A stretch of DNA of 64,000 nt, taken from the NCBI RefSeq assembly GCF_001194135.2, contig NC_068982.1, positions 39,245,632 to 39,309,631 of the forward strand, written 5' to 3'. Source of the DNA: Octopus bimaculoides (lineage: Eukaryota). The translations under genes and the position numbers were made by a program. The notes under the pieces are model-generated. The model was not told where the DNA came from. It ran no database searches and saw only the letters and a list, made by a program, of their open reading frames with translations. Positions 37,386 through 52,119 of the stretch are shown here, piece by piece; within the stretch, counting starts at the first letter, position 1, and each line of letters begins with the position of its first letter.

Positions 37386-37959
37386 TTATATATTTGAAGT
37401 AAGCAAAAGTAAATTTAGCATATGGTGCAGGCATATGGCTGTGTAGTTAAGACGTTTGCTTTGTAAGCACGTGGTTTCGGGTTCAGTTCCACTGCACGGA
37501 AACTTGGGGTTTTAATGATGAAAGAGGTAGTGAGGCCCTATTAAAGAATTTGGAAACTAATAAATGGAAATGAAGAACCTCATATAAAACCTCTTTATTG
37601 CTGAGAGGAGTGAACATTGGGAGGTCTTTTGCACTACCCCCTCACTACCAAGCCAACAGACCCCTATTAAGGCATTAAATTCTGAAATATACTCCCCACT
37701 TTGTGTCATAGTGTTGCTTTCCTCCCACTATACCACTTGAATGTACATTGTTTTTGTTTAAGCTCTTTCTACGGCAAGATCCACTCGTAGACTCATGAAA
37801 TATGTATGTGCCATAGATTGTAAATTATTTAAAATTATTTTAGATGTCTTTGATTGTAAAATTCATGTATTCAGCTGAAGAAAACGTTTTTTTTTTTATA
37901 ATGATAAAATGTACTCATTGATCAATTAAAAAATTCTTTAGAAACAGATGTATTGAATT

Positions 37960-38115
37960 GACACCTGTCCATCAATTGTTTCTTTCAGTTTCCATCTACT
38001 GAATTCACTCACAGGACTTTGGTCGGCCTGAGGACACTTGACCACGCAGTGGGGATGAACCTGGAACTATGTGGTTGGTAAGCTAGCTTCTTACCTCACA
38101 GCCACGCCTGCGCCT
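37960..38115 (-). mobile_element. SINE family B, 5' part
   Basis: Reverse complement GTGAGGTAAGAAGCTAGCTT.CCAACCACATAGTTCCAGGTTCA.CCCCACTGCG. Confidence 0.75.
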
Positions 38116-38569
38116 ATATCAGTAATAACTTTAAATTTGGGTATACAGCTGGTAGTATGCGTTTAAAATAGGTTCACTGTATTCGGTTACCTGATGTAAT
38201 CAACAGTTTGGTTTTAAATGCCACTGGATTTATTTTAGGAATTCCTTCGTGGCCGTGGTATATATAAGATATGAGAGAAAGAGAAAATGGAATTCATGAG
38301 ATTCTTTATCTGTCACTACAATAGTTTCGGCCGATCGTCCATCATTCGGTGAAGATGTGTCTTGTCAGGTGACTTGTCAAAAGGTACCTTGCTCTTTAAC
38401 CTCCGTTCGCTTATTTCGATCATAATACATTCCGTTATTTGCCTGCAGCTAGTAGCGTACTGGAAAGATTCTGAGACTGATTTAGAATGAGGAACAGTTC
38501 TCTTATAGGTAGCGAACCTACTTACAATTAATCATTAATGAAATGCGTATATAAGAATAAAAAATAAAA

Positions 38570-38790
38570 TAAGTATACAATGAGCAGATTAATCAGACAA
38601 ATCAAGTACCAGCCAGTCACCAGATAGGAACACCTCCGGGACATAATGGACAGGACACTTCATAAAAAGAACAAGAAAGCAAAGACAAATCTTTTGAGAT
38701 TACTGCATGACTTGACAAGAAATTGCGCAAGAGAATGCTCATCTGATCAGGAACACGCCTAATAGGGTCCTTGCATTGGAAAATGCGAAG
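38570..38790 (+). mobile_element. Possible PLE GIY-YIG relic
   Basis: INQT... followed, after a frameshift, by EHLRDI, echoing IGQT...RFTEHLRD at 14780-15032. Confidence 0.3.
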
Positions 38791-39148
38791 AGCATGTCTA
38801 CTGAATATTAAATATTCACATTATAACAATTAATAAATAATTTAAATGTATAATTTCAGATTTAAATAAATTTTAAGGATTATAAGCCTGTCTATTTACT
38901 TCTGTCATGTCTGCGCATATATGTATGTGTGTGTGTGTGTGTGTGTGTGCGTGTGCGTGCGTGCGCGCGCACCTTTACATTTGAACTTCCCACACCTTGT
39001 TGGTCTGTTTATCTCCGGGAGGTTTGGTAAAGAGTAGGAGAGAACAAGTAGCAGATTTAACATATGTACGGGAATCGAAATGCGTGACTAACTCTGCAAG
39101 GTGGTGTTCCATCAGGACTGTGATTCAATGATTGTAACAAGCAAAATA

Positions 39149-39699
39149 GTGGCGATTCTTCCTCACAACCACCTAGTGCCGGATGTTTTAGCTGGTGTTG
39201 TCGATTTTCTTTAGAAGGTTGCGGCACCAAGAGTCACTACCCAGTAAAGTTTCCGGACCATAGCCTTTGGGAATCCACATATATGAAATCGAGTAGCTCG
39301 CACCCGGACTTCAGAGTTGCCTCTCAACACTTTCATCATTTCTGTTTTAACGATTTATATTCGCAGTTAATTAATTGCTATTATTAGATATATTTCGGAA
39401 CAGTCGGTTCGCGTACTATTATGAATTTCTGTTGTAGGATCATCAAATGGCTGGGGCTTTTCGATGGTCCTCTGTCGAAGATCTGAACAACGACAGCACA
39501 ATTAAAGAAGTTTGTAGTCTTTGACGGGTGCGAGCTACTCGATTTCATATATGTGGATTCCCAGAGGCTATGGTCCGGAAACTTTATTGGGGTAGTAACT
39601 CTGATGTATATCTCAATGGCCTGCCGCAACTCTCTAAAGAAAATCGACAACACCAGCTAAAACATCCGGCACTAGGTGGTTGTGAGGAAGAATCGCCAC
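39149..39699. repeat. Long inverted duplication (158-bp and 175-bp arms, 218-bp spacer)
   Basis: 39149-39306 equals the reverse complement of 39525-39699: first 66 nt identical, one ~17-nt indel region, few substitutions. Confidence 0.92.
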
Positions 39700-40368
39700 G
39701 TTTGGATGGTCTATCCAATAAATTTTACACCTACGTGCCAGACTTGTTCTGTAACCTTTTGGTAGACGTTTACCATGACTAGCAACAGACCGGGAAAATT
39801 TCCTTGCTCTGTGAGCCGAGGAGTGGCAACGCTGATGAGGAAGGACACTAATAGTGTAGGAGAAGGATCGCTGTCGATAACACTGCCCTTCGTATGCTTT
39901 CTGTTTCTGGATACCAATTTTATCAATCGCAAAAACATGGAAGAAACCTACTGAACCCATCTGGTTTGAACTGATAGCAGAAAAACTCAAGTGAATAGTT
40001 GTTTAATCGTAGGTCCTCTTCGAAAGCGAAGGTCTATCATCAAAAGCATTCCAGTCGTGACTAAATCATCTGTTTTCAATTTTTTTTTTTACAGTTACAA
40101 AGTATCTAGCATGTGTATCCATTTTTCAAAGAAGATAAAGCGTTATTATAAGTAAATTTGACTATTAATTCTTGAAGGCGTGAAGTCTTTGTGAAAACTC
40201 GGAAATAAATGACAGATAAATTAACTTCATTAATATTTCAGTCAATAGTTTCACTTTCTCAAATAATTTGTTGCAATTTCATTTGAAATATGTTCACGTC
40301 TTTTAACTCCCAAATCAGCCCTGACTGAACAGATCATCTGCACTTTCTTCCAGTAATAATTGTAGTAT

Positions 40369-40758
40369 GTGGAGGCGCAATAGTCCAGTGGTTAGGGCAG
40401 CGGACGCGGTTATAGGATCGCGGTTTCAATTCCCAGACCGGGCGTTGTGAGTGTTTATTGAGCGAAAACACCTAAAGCTCCACGAGGCTCCGGCAGGGGA
40501 TGGTGGCGAACCCTGCTGTATTATTTCACCACAACTTTCTCTCACTTTTACTTCCTGTTTCTGTTGTGCCTGTAATTCAAAGGGTCAGCCTTGTCACACT
40601 GTGTCACGTTGAATATCCCCGAGAACTACGTTAAGGGTTCACGTGTCTGTGGAGTGCTCAGCCACTTGCACGTTAATTTCATGAGCAGGCTGTTCCGTTG
40701 ATCGGATCAACTGGAACCCTCAACGTCGTAAGCGACGGAGTGCCAACAACAACAACAA
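40369..40758 (+). mobile_element. SINE family C, full-length
   Basis: GTGGAGGCGCAATAGTCCAGTGGTTAGGGCAGCGG...GGTTTCAATTCCCAGACC...GTCGTAAGCGACGGAGTGCCAACAACAACAACAA. Confidence 0.9.
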
Positions 40759-40794
40759 TTGTAGTATATCCCAGAGTATAATGCGTACTGTTTC

Positions 40795-40983
40795 AATTAT
40801 TTCAGTCATTGGATTGCGGCAATAGTGGAACTGTCTAGTAGGGCTTCTCGAATTTATCAATCCCAGTATTTATTTTAAACCTGGTATTTATTTTCACGTT
40901 CTCTTTTGCTGAATCGCTAGTTTACGGGTAAATAAACAAATTAACATCGCTTGTCAAGTGTTGGTGGGCATCAAACACAAAGT

Positions 40984-41023
<40 letters not shown>

Positions 41024-41160
41024 CCGTCTATCGAATTCACTAATAGTGGTCAATCCGGGGCTATAGTAGAAAACATTTGTCCAAAGTGTCACACAGTGAA
41101 ATTAAACCCGAAACCACATGGTTGTAAAGTGAACTTCTTGAACACGCACCCATACCTGCA
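40795..41160 (-). mobile_element. SINE family B, diverged full-length
   Basis: Family-B head, body and tail recognisable on the minus strand, with internal (CA)n. Confidence 0.7.
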
Positions 41161-41719
41161 TCATAAGTGTCGTTCTTTTATATATATATATATTAAAGGG
41201 TAGCGTATTGGATTTAAGTCGATGCTCTAAAGATCAAATAGAAATACTGACACACCCCGCATAGAAAGTTGAAAAGCAGAATGCATGCTGTTTCAAAGTT
41301 TAAGAAAGAAATGTAGAAAATATATAGTACACTCTTCCTTATCTTGTTTTATTAATCATACTTCTGTGAAATAAATTCATGAATCATACTACTATTCCGT
41401 GATGCACCTTTGAGAATTATTAATTGTAGGGTGTAATTTGGGAAAGGGTGCGACTACCTGGCTGTTATTTCTTGTAAACTGAGTGTCTACATTCAGACTT
41501 TTTTTTTTTACCCCCGGAGCAATTTAGGCTACTACTTGAAATGCTAATCGTTTCGTGAATTCGGTTGAATGAAAATTACCCCCACATTAAGAACACGAGC
41601 CTCCAGGTATGCAGTAATACTTGTTTCTTAAGTATGAAAAGTTTTAGAACAAGAGATACAAGATCTTAGGAAGTCGAAGGCATGATGCGGTTTCAAATTT
41701 CGGTTCATGAATTGTTATA

Positions 41720-41990
41720 TTTAGGGATTGGTCATATTTTTGCCAATTAACCACACGCACTGTATACTTGATCTTCATTTCACCTTTATTATACTTCTTC
41801 TCAATTTAGTGTCCTTTGTCTGAAGTCTTTCGTCACACATTCTGTGACCTCTTCACTGACTCTCTATCCTACGTGTCCCCGCCTGTTCCGTTTAATCCTT
41901 TATAATAATTTACTTTTATTTATGCCGCTAATGCTATTGAGACAGACATACCTTTGACGGTAATCCGTGTTATATTTTCTTCCTCGAACG
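41720..41990 (-). mobile_element. Probable PLE pLTR fragment with hammerhead-like motif
   Basis: Reverse complement of 41815-41860 reads GTCA-GTGAAGA-G-GTCAC-AGAATGT-GTGAC-GAAA-GACTTCAGAC. Confidence 0.5.
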
Positions 41991-42838
41991 ATAGGGTTAG
42001 AAAACACACACGTTATTACTGTTGCAATGGTGTTAGTAGTTTAGCTTGAGATCAAGCAGAGCGATGATGAAATGCATGCCAGAAGTGACCACCCCATTTA
42101 TTTAGGGACATGTAGGTCAATATTATCCAATATGTACTTCCGTTTTATAAGACGGTAGTCATAATTTGAGGAAGATCTGCTAGCTATTTCTAACAAGTCG
42201 AGTGACCACATAGAGGCCCTTAAGCCCCTTTCTAGACTTGAAACCACAAGTCGTTATTCTATTTTATATATTTTTTGGAAGTTCTAAACTTTTAGAGAGA
42301 AAGAGTAAACGAGATGTGGTGAAATGTATGCCTCTCCCAACGATTACAAGTGCTTGTAAATATTGTATAGTGAAATTTTGGCAGCGTCAGTAAGTACAAC
42401 AGATAATGGTGGAGAGAGAGAAAGAGAGAGAGAGAGAAAGATAGAGAGAGAAAGAGAGAGAAGGAGAGAAAGAGAAAGAGAGAAAGAAAGATAGCTTTGA
42501 GTACTGAACGGTGAGTAATATTGCCGCGAATTGACGAACGCCGCTACCATCACCACCACTATCACCATCACTATCATCATCCTCATCTTCATAACCACTG
42601 CCTACAATACCTTTATATAAGAACAATATCTCTCCTCCCCACATCCAACACCACCACCACTGCCACCACCACCGCCACCACCTAGGCTTCATCGCAACAA
42701 GCACCTCACCCCCTTGATACGCTGTCACAACCATCTTCAGCAGTATTTGAAATTTACGAGAAGCGAGCAAATTTACGAGAAGCAATGGCAACACTAGTAG
42801 CAGCCGTAATGATATTTTCTGTGGTAGTGATGGCGCTG

Positions 42839-42873
<35 letters not shown>

Positions 42874-43444
42874 GTATGTATGTATGTATGTATGTATGTA
42901 TGTATGTATGTATGTATGTATGTATGTATGTATCTATCTATCTATCTATCTATCTATATATACATATATATATATATATATATAAAATATAGTATATATA
43001 TATATATANNNNNNNNNNNNNNNNNNNNNNNNNNNNNNNNNNNNNNNNNNNNNNNNNNNNNNNNNNNNNNNNNNNNNNNNNNNNNNNNNNNNNNNNNNNN
43101 NNNNNNNNNNNNNNNNNNNNNNNNNNNNNNNNNNNNNNNNNNNNNNNNNNNNNNNNNNNNNNNNNNNNNNNNNNNNNNNNNNNNNNNNNNNNNNNNNNNN
43201 NNNNNNNNNNNNNNNNNNNNNNNNNNNNNNNNNNNNNNNNNNNNNNNNNNNNNNNNNNNNNNNNNNNNNNNNNNNNNNNNNNNNNNNNNNNNNNNNNNNN
43301 NNNNNNNNNNNNNNNNNNNNNNNNNNNNNNNNNNNNNNNNNNNNNNNNNNNNNNNNNNNNNNNNNNNNNNNNNNNNNNNNNNNNNNNNNNNNNNNNNNNN
43401 NNNNNNNNNNNNNNNNNNNNNNNNNNNNNNNNNNNNNNNNNNNN

Positions 43445-43476
<32 letters not shown>

Positions 43477-43601
43477 TATATGTATATATATATATATAGA
43501 GAGAGAGATAGATAGATATATGTATGTATATATATACACACATATATATATATATATAGAGAGAGAGATAGATAGATATATGTATGTATATATATACACA
43601 C

Positions 43602-43634
<33 letters not shown>

Positions 43635-44372
43635 CACCTATAAAAAACATATATTATATATATTATATATATATATGTATAAAGGGTAGCGTTCTCCGGT
43701 CTTTTTCTTCTTTATTTCTTTTTTTTGTCCTCGTTTTGCTTTTCTTTTTAACTACTTTAGTGTTGAGATGCTGCTAGGTAAAAAAAAAAGCGCCTCCCCC
43801 ACCTCGATTCAACTGTTTCCCCCTCCGTCTTTCCTTTTACCTCCTTCTTTCCTCCTCTCCCTCACACTCCCCCTCATTCTTTTATCTGTTATTTTTCCCT
43901 CTTCTTCCTATTCGTCTTCTTATTTTCATACTTGTATCTTCTCCTTCGTAATCGTCTTCTTCCTTCTTCATTCTTCTTCTTATTATTTTCCCATCAACAG
44001 CTGCAGCTATTCCTTACTAAGTAGTTAGTAGTAGTAGTCGTACAAGCATTCACCCTGGTGCCGATGATGAAAACTCTCGACTAACCGCAACTCTCTAAGC
44101 AAAAGAGTAGCGGAGCACTCATGCATCACTGTACATATCGTGGACTTCGTTAATATCTTTCTTAAACATATGCTTGTCCGCTTCGGAAAGACAAGTAAGT
44201 CCAACATTCTCTCTAGGAATCTACTAAAGTCAATCTATTGTATATGTGTGTGTTTCTGTGTCATATATATATGTATATATATATATTCATAAACATCGTT
44301 GATACTACTATTCCTATTGTGCGCGTGTATGTATTAATGTATATATATATGCACATGTGTATGTTTGTTTGC

Positions 44373-44421
<49 letters not shown>

Positions 44422-44565
44422 TTTGTGTTTGTGTGTGTGTGTGTATTTATTTATCTATTTATTTACCTGTATATGCACGTATGTACGCTGAAGTATTCTC
44501 TATCTAGCTATCTACCTTTGTGTCTGTTTAACTTCCTAACACAGTGCACACACACACACACAAAT

Positions 44566-44604
<39 letters not shown>

Positions 44605-45280
44605 TACACATGCACACATGTGTGCACGTCAATAACACACACGTTCATCACATCGTAACGAAGCACATTTGTGTTCTGAAATTATGACGACCGGCTTTTC
44701 CACTCGGTTATCATTCTGAAGATATTCTACCTTCAAATATTCGCCTTAATGGTAGTTCTCCCATAACTCCTTACAAAATCCACGTACTTCCCGGATATAC
44801 ACCGCGTGTTGGGTCTTTCTCTCCTCTTTTATAACTATAAAAACACAAGGTATACGTATATTTTAGTAACATAAACATCGCTGTAAAATGTAACTTTGTA
44901 ACTTAAGAAACTATATAAACTGGATCTAAATATAAACTTCGACTTTTCTTTCCTTTTTGATATGACCTGTTTGTTTATTTTCGTTAGTTTTCATGGAGTG
45001 GAGTTTCTCTTTCTTCTCGTGCTCGTACTAAGCAGGAGACTGGTGTTTTAATCAAAAGAAACAACATCAAACACTCAGGTACTTCCAGAAGTAAAGTCAG
45101 CTTTTATTAGTAGATATCAGAATATATAATTTCTGTTCATATGTCCCAGTTATAAGTAGATATTTATTTTATATTAATTTTATGAGCTTTAATAACTGTC
45201 CTACTTCACTAGATTCAAAGCATGTTTCTTGTATATAGATACCGTATTTTTGTATATGATTATATATGAGCATATTTGCT

Positions 45281-45341
<61 letters not shown>

Positions 45342-45587
45342 GTGTGCACGCGCGTACGTGCATATCTATCTATCTGTCTATCTACCTGTCTGTCTGTCTG
45401 TCTGCGCGCGCGTGTGTGTGTGTGTTTAATGTTCGTATATATAAATATGTCACTAAAGACATGCTGCTACATGCATTGAAATGATACGATGTTATTAGCA
45501 CGTGAATGCATGTGATCACAATTCTGCTTGCACGTAGTTGCTTCCGTGTCTATGAACGAGCCACCAGTACCAATTGTGAGTGTGATT

Positions 45588-45641
<54 letters not shown>

Positions 45642-47393
45642 GTAATGATGATGATAATAATAATGGTTTCATTTATTTGCCACCAGGGCGAAAGATGAGG
45701 GCGGGGTGCAATAGAAAATAGACATAAAGTGTGGGGGTTTACGTATAATGAAACGATAAAATAAATAATTTAAAATAATGAGTAAGTATACACGGTATAC
45801 AATGAAAAAGAAGGGAAATATACATAGTATACAAAGGTTAATAAAAAAAGGGGGGGATAGTGGTGGATGATAGTAATAATAAAAAAAAAAAGAATAATAA
45901 TACTATCTCTACGAAAATGTATGCATATATATATGTATGTATGAACATACAGAAAGAAACAATATTTTCTGATATATACATCCATATATATATATATATA
46001 TGTATGTATGTATGTGTGTGTGTGTGTGTGTTTGTGTGTGTCTGGTTGATTGCACTCTACAAGTCTAATCAAGTCCTTTGCGGTTTCGAACTCATACAAT
46101 ATTAATAGATGCATATATGTATAATTACAAGACAGGATTAAGGCCAACTGACGCCCTAAGTATAAAAACCACCATGATGCATCTCCTCCCCCTCACCCAC
46201 CATCCTCCTTTCGACCCTTCCATTATTTAACAGATAAGACATTTAAGGTATACTAATGTTAAATTTGAAATAATACGATTAATAACTGAGTTTAGTTTCC
46301 ACCCAAACTCCAGTCCGATCCCTATAACTATATTAAATATAACCTGGTTCTTAATTATATTTATTTAACGTTAAATTAAAACAGAGCAATATAAACAAGG
46401 TATTTACTCATCCTTGGGGGACAAGAATAAAAAAGAACGGTTATTCGTTTAATCTCTGTATATTTTATTATTTTCTAACATTATTATTATTGTTATTAAA
46501 ATAAATAAACCATCATTATTATTGTTAAAATGAAGAAGTCATTAGTATTATTATTGAAGGCCTATGTAAATTTTCTGTATGTCTCATGGTAAATTCAGCC
46601 CCGGAAATAAACTGTGAGGCTTGCCGACTTCCTTCAGTCCCCAAAGCACGTGCTTATTCTGCTGAATGGTTTAATCAGGGTCTGTATGTTTATGCACACA
46701 CACACACACACACACNNNNNNNNNNNNNNNNNNNNNNNNNNNNNNNNNNNNNNNNNNNNNNNNNNNNNNNNNNNNNNNNNNNNNNNNNNNNNNNNNNNNN
46801 NNNNNNNNNNNNNNNNNNNNNNNNNNNNNNNNNNNNNNNNNNNNNNNNNNNNNNNNNNNNNNNNNNNNNNNNNNNNNNNNNNNNNNNNNNNNNNNNNNNN
46901 NNNNNNNNNNNNNNNNNNNNNNNNNNNNNNNNNNNNNNNNNNNNNNNNNNNNNNNNNNNNNNNNNNNNNNNNNNNNNNNNNNNNNNNNNNNNNNNNNNNN
47001 NNNNNNNNNNNNNNNNNNNNNNNNNNNNNNNNNNNNNNNNNNNNNNNNNNNNNNNNNNNNNNNNNNNNNNNNNNNNNNNNNNNNNNNNNNNNNNNNNNNN
47101 NNNNNNNNNNNNNNNNNNNNNNNNNNNNNNNNNNNNNNNNNNNNNNNNNNNNNNNNNNNNNNNNNNNNNNNNNNNNNNNNNNNNNNNNNNNNNNNNNNNN
47201 NNNNNNNNNNNNNNNNNNNNNNNNNNNNNNNNNNNNNNNNNNNNNNNNNNNNNNNNNNNNNNNNNNNNNNNNNNNNNNNNNNNNNNNNNNNNNNNNNNNN
47301 NNNNNNNNNNNNNNNNNNNNNNNNNNNNNNNNNNNNNNNNNNNNNNNNNNNNNNNNNNNNNNNNNNNNNNNNNNNNNNNNNNNNNNNNNNNNN

Positions 47394-47429
<36 letters not shown>

Positions 47430-49030
47430 TTATCCATTGGAATCCCCTCGCTCTCGCGCTGAATATGACTGTATAAGCCTTTGTGGTAATGACCATTTCA
47501 GTATGATTAATTAGACTTCACTCCTTATGTATATTTCTGAGTTTGGTTATTTTTAATGTTATTGAGTTGATCGTGATGATAATGATGATGATGATGATGA
47601 TGGGAGCGGTGATGTAGTGGTACTATCGATGCTGATGATAATGATGGCGGTGATGATTAACTCTGATTGGGTGAAATTATGATCAAAGGCATTCTAGCCG
47701 TGGTAGTTCCGTCCAATATATCCAATATACTCTTCCCGACACATGCACTTTAGAATCCACATAAGAAAATTAGAAATTAGCAATTATTTCTAGCAATTCA
47801 ACAAACCGTGTATATCTTAGTTACATTTGGGTGTATGCGGGTGCGTACGCACGTGTGGTGTGTGTATGTGAATTTGTGTGAGAGAACTGGTGTGTGTGTA
47901 CGCATGTGCGCCCCGACTCTATATTCTTGGATCTGGCTGTAATGTTAAAACATATTCGCTAGCCAGCATAGCGCTGCACCTATTGGCACTTTAGCTGAAA
48001 AAAAAAAAATACAAAAAAAACAAACAAACAAAAATCAGAGGAATTTACATGGCTTCTGTCTTAATTAAAGGTAATAGTTTCACTTGTCTTCACTGTCTAC
48101 ATTTCTCTGTAAAACACCTATTGCACGTCACTCCCCGCCCGTTTGATTTCATCCCACTCGTACCAGACAGTAAACTAACTAATAATGTCTACAACAACTT
48201 TGTGTCTACAGTCAACCCTATACCACATGCCTACACGAAATACAAACACACGTCGCTTCTCCACCTCTACTTTCAATACTTAAATTTCATTCTCACTTAA
48301 AAAAAAAAAAATGATACACAAACATCAATGTTTATATCACTGCATGTGTGTGTGTGTGTTCTAAATCTGTATATATATATATTTTTGTAAGTGTGTGTTA
48401 TATGTTTGAATGTATTCTATGTATGTGTGTTTGTAAGTATGTATGTACGTATTTTTAAATGTATGTACCCTGTATGTATTCTATGTATTCTATGTATGTA
48501 TGTATGTATGTATGTATGTATATATGTGTGTATGTATTTTTGTATGCGTGTACTCAATGGTTGTATGCATTGTCTGTATGTCTGGATGTTTGAATGTATC
48601 TATTCTACATAGTCTTCTTTTTTGTATGTATGTTCTCCTGCATGCATGCATGTAACCATCTACAAAATATATGCTTACATGTATGCATCTATGCGTGTAT
48701 GTCTATGTGTGTGTGTGCATACATTCATAAGTATGCATATCTGTATATTTCATGCTTGTATATGTAACGAAAGTTATATCTGCTATATATTTCCGTGCAT
48801 GCCTGCGTGCGTGCGTGTGTGTATATATATAAATACTAATGTGTGTACGTGCGTACGTGCGTGTACATAAATGCTTATGTGTCTGTGCGTGAGAGTAGTG
48901 CATGCGTGAGTATGTCTGTGTGTTGGAGTGCGTGTGTTATTGATGAGAAACTCAAATTTGCAACTCGCAAAGACTCAACGTTGAATAGATACTGTTATTC
49001 GCCTCTATCTAAGGGTATTGAGTCTGTTTT

Positions 49031-49177
<147 letters not shown>

Positions 49178-49244
49178 ATACATACATACATATATATGTA
49201 TATATGTATATAATAATATAAATAATATATAAATATATGCATAT

Positions 49245-49275
<31 letters not shown>

Positions 49276-51544
49276 GTGTGTTTGTGTGTGTGCACGTATA
49301 TGATTATGTATGTATGTTTATATCTGCATATATGATTATAGATGCACATATATATGGGTACGTATGCATGTATGTATGTATATTTGTGTGTATGTATGTA
49401 TTCCCAATTGATTACTTACGTGTCTCCTTATTGTTTCTTGCCACGTGTGACAACTGATCAAGCAACAGGAAGACATTTTTGTCGTCATAACACGCGAACA
49501 CACGCACGCACATACACATGCATGCAGACACACACCATACACAACATACACAAATGAAACTTATAGGCACCAGTGTGTGTATATAAATATACATATATAT
49601 ATATATATATTTATTTGACCTACTACAAATATGCATTATATATATANNNNNNNNNNNNNNNNNNNNNNNNNNNNNNNNNNNNNNNNNNNNNNNNNNNNNN
49701 NNNNNNNNNNNNNNNNNNNNNNNNNNNNNNNNNNNNNNNNNNNNNNNNNNNNNNNNNNNNNNNNNNNNNNNNNNNNNNNNNNNNNNNNNNNNNNNNNNNN
49801 NNNNNNNNNNNNNNNNNNNNNNNNNNNNNNNNNNNNNNNNNNNNNNNNNNNNNNNNNNNNNNNNNNNNNNNNNNNNNNNNNNNNNNNNNNNNNNNNNNNN
49901 NNNNNNNNNNNNNNNNNNNNNNNNNNNNNNNNNNNNNNNNNNNNNNNNNNNNNNNNNNNNNNNNNNNNNNNNNNNNNNNNNNNNNNNNNNNNNNNNNNNN
50001 NNNNNNNNNNNNNNNNNNNNNNNNNNNNNNNNNNNNNNNNNNNNNNNNNNNNNNNNNNNNNNNNNNNNNNNNNNNNNNNNNNNNNNNNNNNNNNNNNNNN
50101 NNNNNNNNNNNNNNNNNNNNNNNNNNNNNNNNNNNNNNNNNNNNNNNNNNNNNNNNNNNNNNNNNNNNNNNNNNNNNNNNNNNNNNNNNNNNNNNNNNNN
50201 NNNNNNNNNNNNNNNNNNNNNNNNNNNNNNNNNNNNNNNNNNNNNNNNNNNNNNNNNNNNNNNNNNNNNNNNNNNNNNNNNNNNNNNNNNNNNNNNNNNN
50301 NNNNNNNNNNNNNNNNNNNNNNNNNNNNNNNNNNNNNNNNNAAAAAAAAAAAAAAAAGAAAAAACCCCTCAAATTTTGCCGCCTAAACTATAAGCCCCTC
50401 TAAACTCCGTCACTATCCCTTCTGGTTCAACTTTACGTCTCATCCGTAAATACCAGTAAACTAATTTGGATAGAAATTCAATTGGTACTGAGAATTACTT
50501 CCGCGCATTGTCATAAAAGAAAAAAAAAATCAATATTAACAGCCACTACCGAAAAGGTTTACAGAGTGCTTTTCAACGATTCACTGTAACTTTCTTTGTC
50601 TATTTTTCTTTCTTTCATTTTATTTCTTTCATCATTCATTCATTGATTCTTTCTATCTTTCCCTTGTTTTTTTTTTCTTTCTCACTGTCTGTCTTTCATT
50701 CTGTCATTCTTATGTTTACTCCTTAACAAAGAATTCCCCCCCTCTCTCTCTGTATATATATATGTATATATATATATACACACACACACACACAAACATA
50801 TTTGTGGTAGAACAATAATGATTTTTACTATAGGTATTAGACCACAAACAAAATTCGTTAGCTGCTGAGGGTGTGGCGAAGCTTCATTGAATCAGCTTGA
50901 GTACTGACATGTTGCTTATATTATCGATCCTCGGAGTACTGGAAAATATACTGTCAATCGTGTCGTTATTTGAACATGCAAGATAAAGGCACAAGTCTTA
51001 AATGCTAAAACATATTCAGTCTGGCGCTCTACCAGTTTTCTACTTAACTGTCTCCACACTTCCTGTATGTGCGTATATAAAAGCGTGTATGTGTAATTGT
51101 ATATTTGTATATGTATATATGTACACACACACATATGCGTGCGTGTATTTAAGTGTGTGTGTTATGAGAAAAGAATTCAATTTCAGTAAACCAATATACT
51201 TTATAACATGTACTGAGTTCTCTTTTCATCGTTTTTTTCGTACAATGCAATGTTCAAATGCACTGTGTGTGTGTGTGTGTGTGTACGCGCGCGTGTACGC
51301 ATATAGTTATACGTATTTCTTGAAACACATGTCTGTGATTAAGTAAAACAAACCGAATATACTTCTAATACATAAGAAGGATGATGAGGAGAGTCTAAGA
51401 TACTGATATTTCTAAGCAAAACACGAGTAAAAGGCGAAGTCAAACTCAGTTGAAATTGAACTCACAACTTGAAGCGAACTATTAAATTCATTTTGCATTA
51501 ACTCAGACGCTCTATCGTCTGTCTCCACCATCTTAAATAATAAT

Positions 51545-51765
51545 GGTTTCAAATTTTGGCAGAAGACCAACAATTTCGTAGGGAGAGAGAGTGTAAGTCG
51601 ATTAGATCGACTCCAATGTTCAACTGCTGCTTATTTTATCGACTGCGAAAGGATGAAAGGCAAAGTCAACACGGCGGAAATTGAACTCAGAACGTATAGA
51701 CAGACGAAATGCTGCTAAGCATTTTGTCCGGTATGCTAACGATTCTGCCAGGTCAACGCCTTAGG
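51545..51765 (-). mobile_element. SINE family A, near full-length
   Basis: GAAAGGATGAAAGGCAAAGTC...GGCGGAAATTGAACTCAGAACGTA...GCTAAGCATTTTGTCCGG.ATGCTAACGATTCTGCCAG. Confidence 0.85.
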
Positions 51766-51839
51766 GCACTGTACAATAATGAATCCCAAATTCCTCAGAT
51801 CAAACGTTATCCTGAGACATATAATGTAATGCAGGTTAC

Positions 51840-52048
51840 TCTTTTACTCATTTACTTGTTTCAGTCATTTGACTGCGGCCATGCTAGAGCACCGCCTTTA
51901 GTCGAGCAAATCGACCCCAAGACTCATTCCTTGTAAGCCTAGTACTTATTCTATCGGTCTCTTTTTTCAGAACCGCTAAGTTAGGGGGACGTAAACACAC
52001 CAGCATCGGTTGTCAAGTGATGGTGGTGGTGGTGGGAGACAAACACAG

Positions 52049-52119
<71 letters not shown>

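Noticed and set aside
40369-40445. tRNA-like sequence with A and B boxes (also the heads of families A and B)
   Set aside because: These are SINE heads continuing into SINE body and tail; no complete cloverleaf, so not tRNA genes.
43495-43615. Exact 60-bp tandem duplication
   Set aside because: Made entirely of compound microsatellite next to a gap; slippage or assembly artefact.
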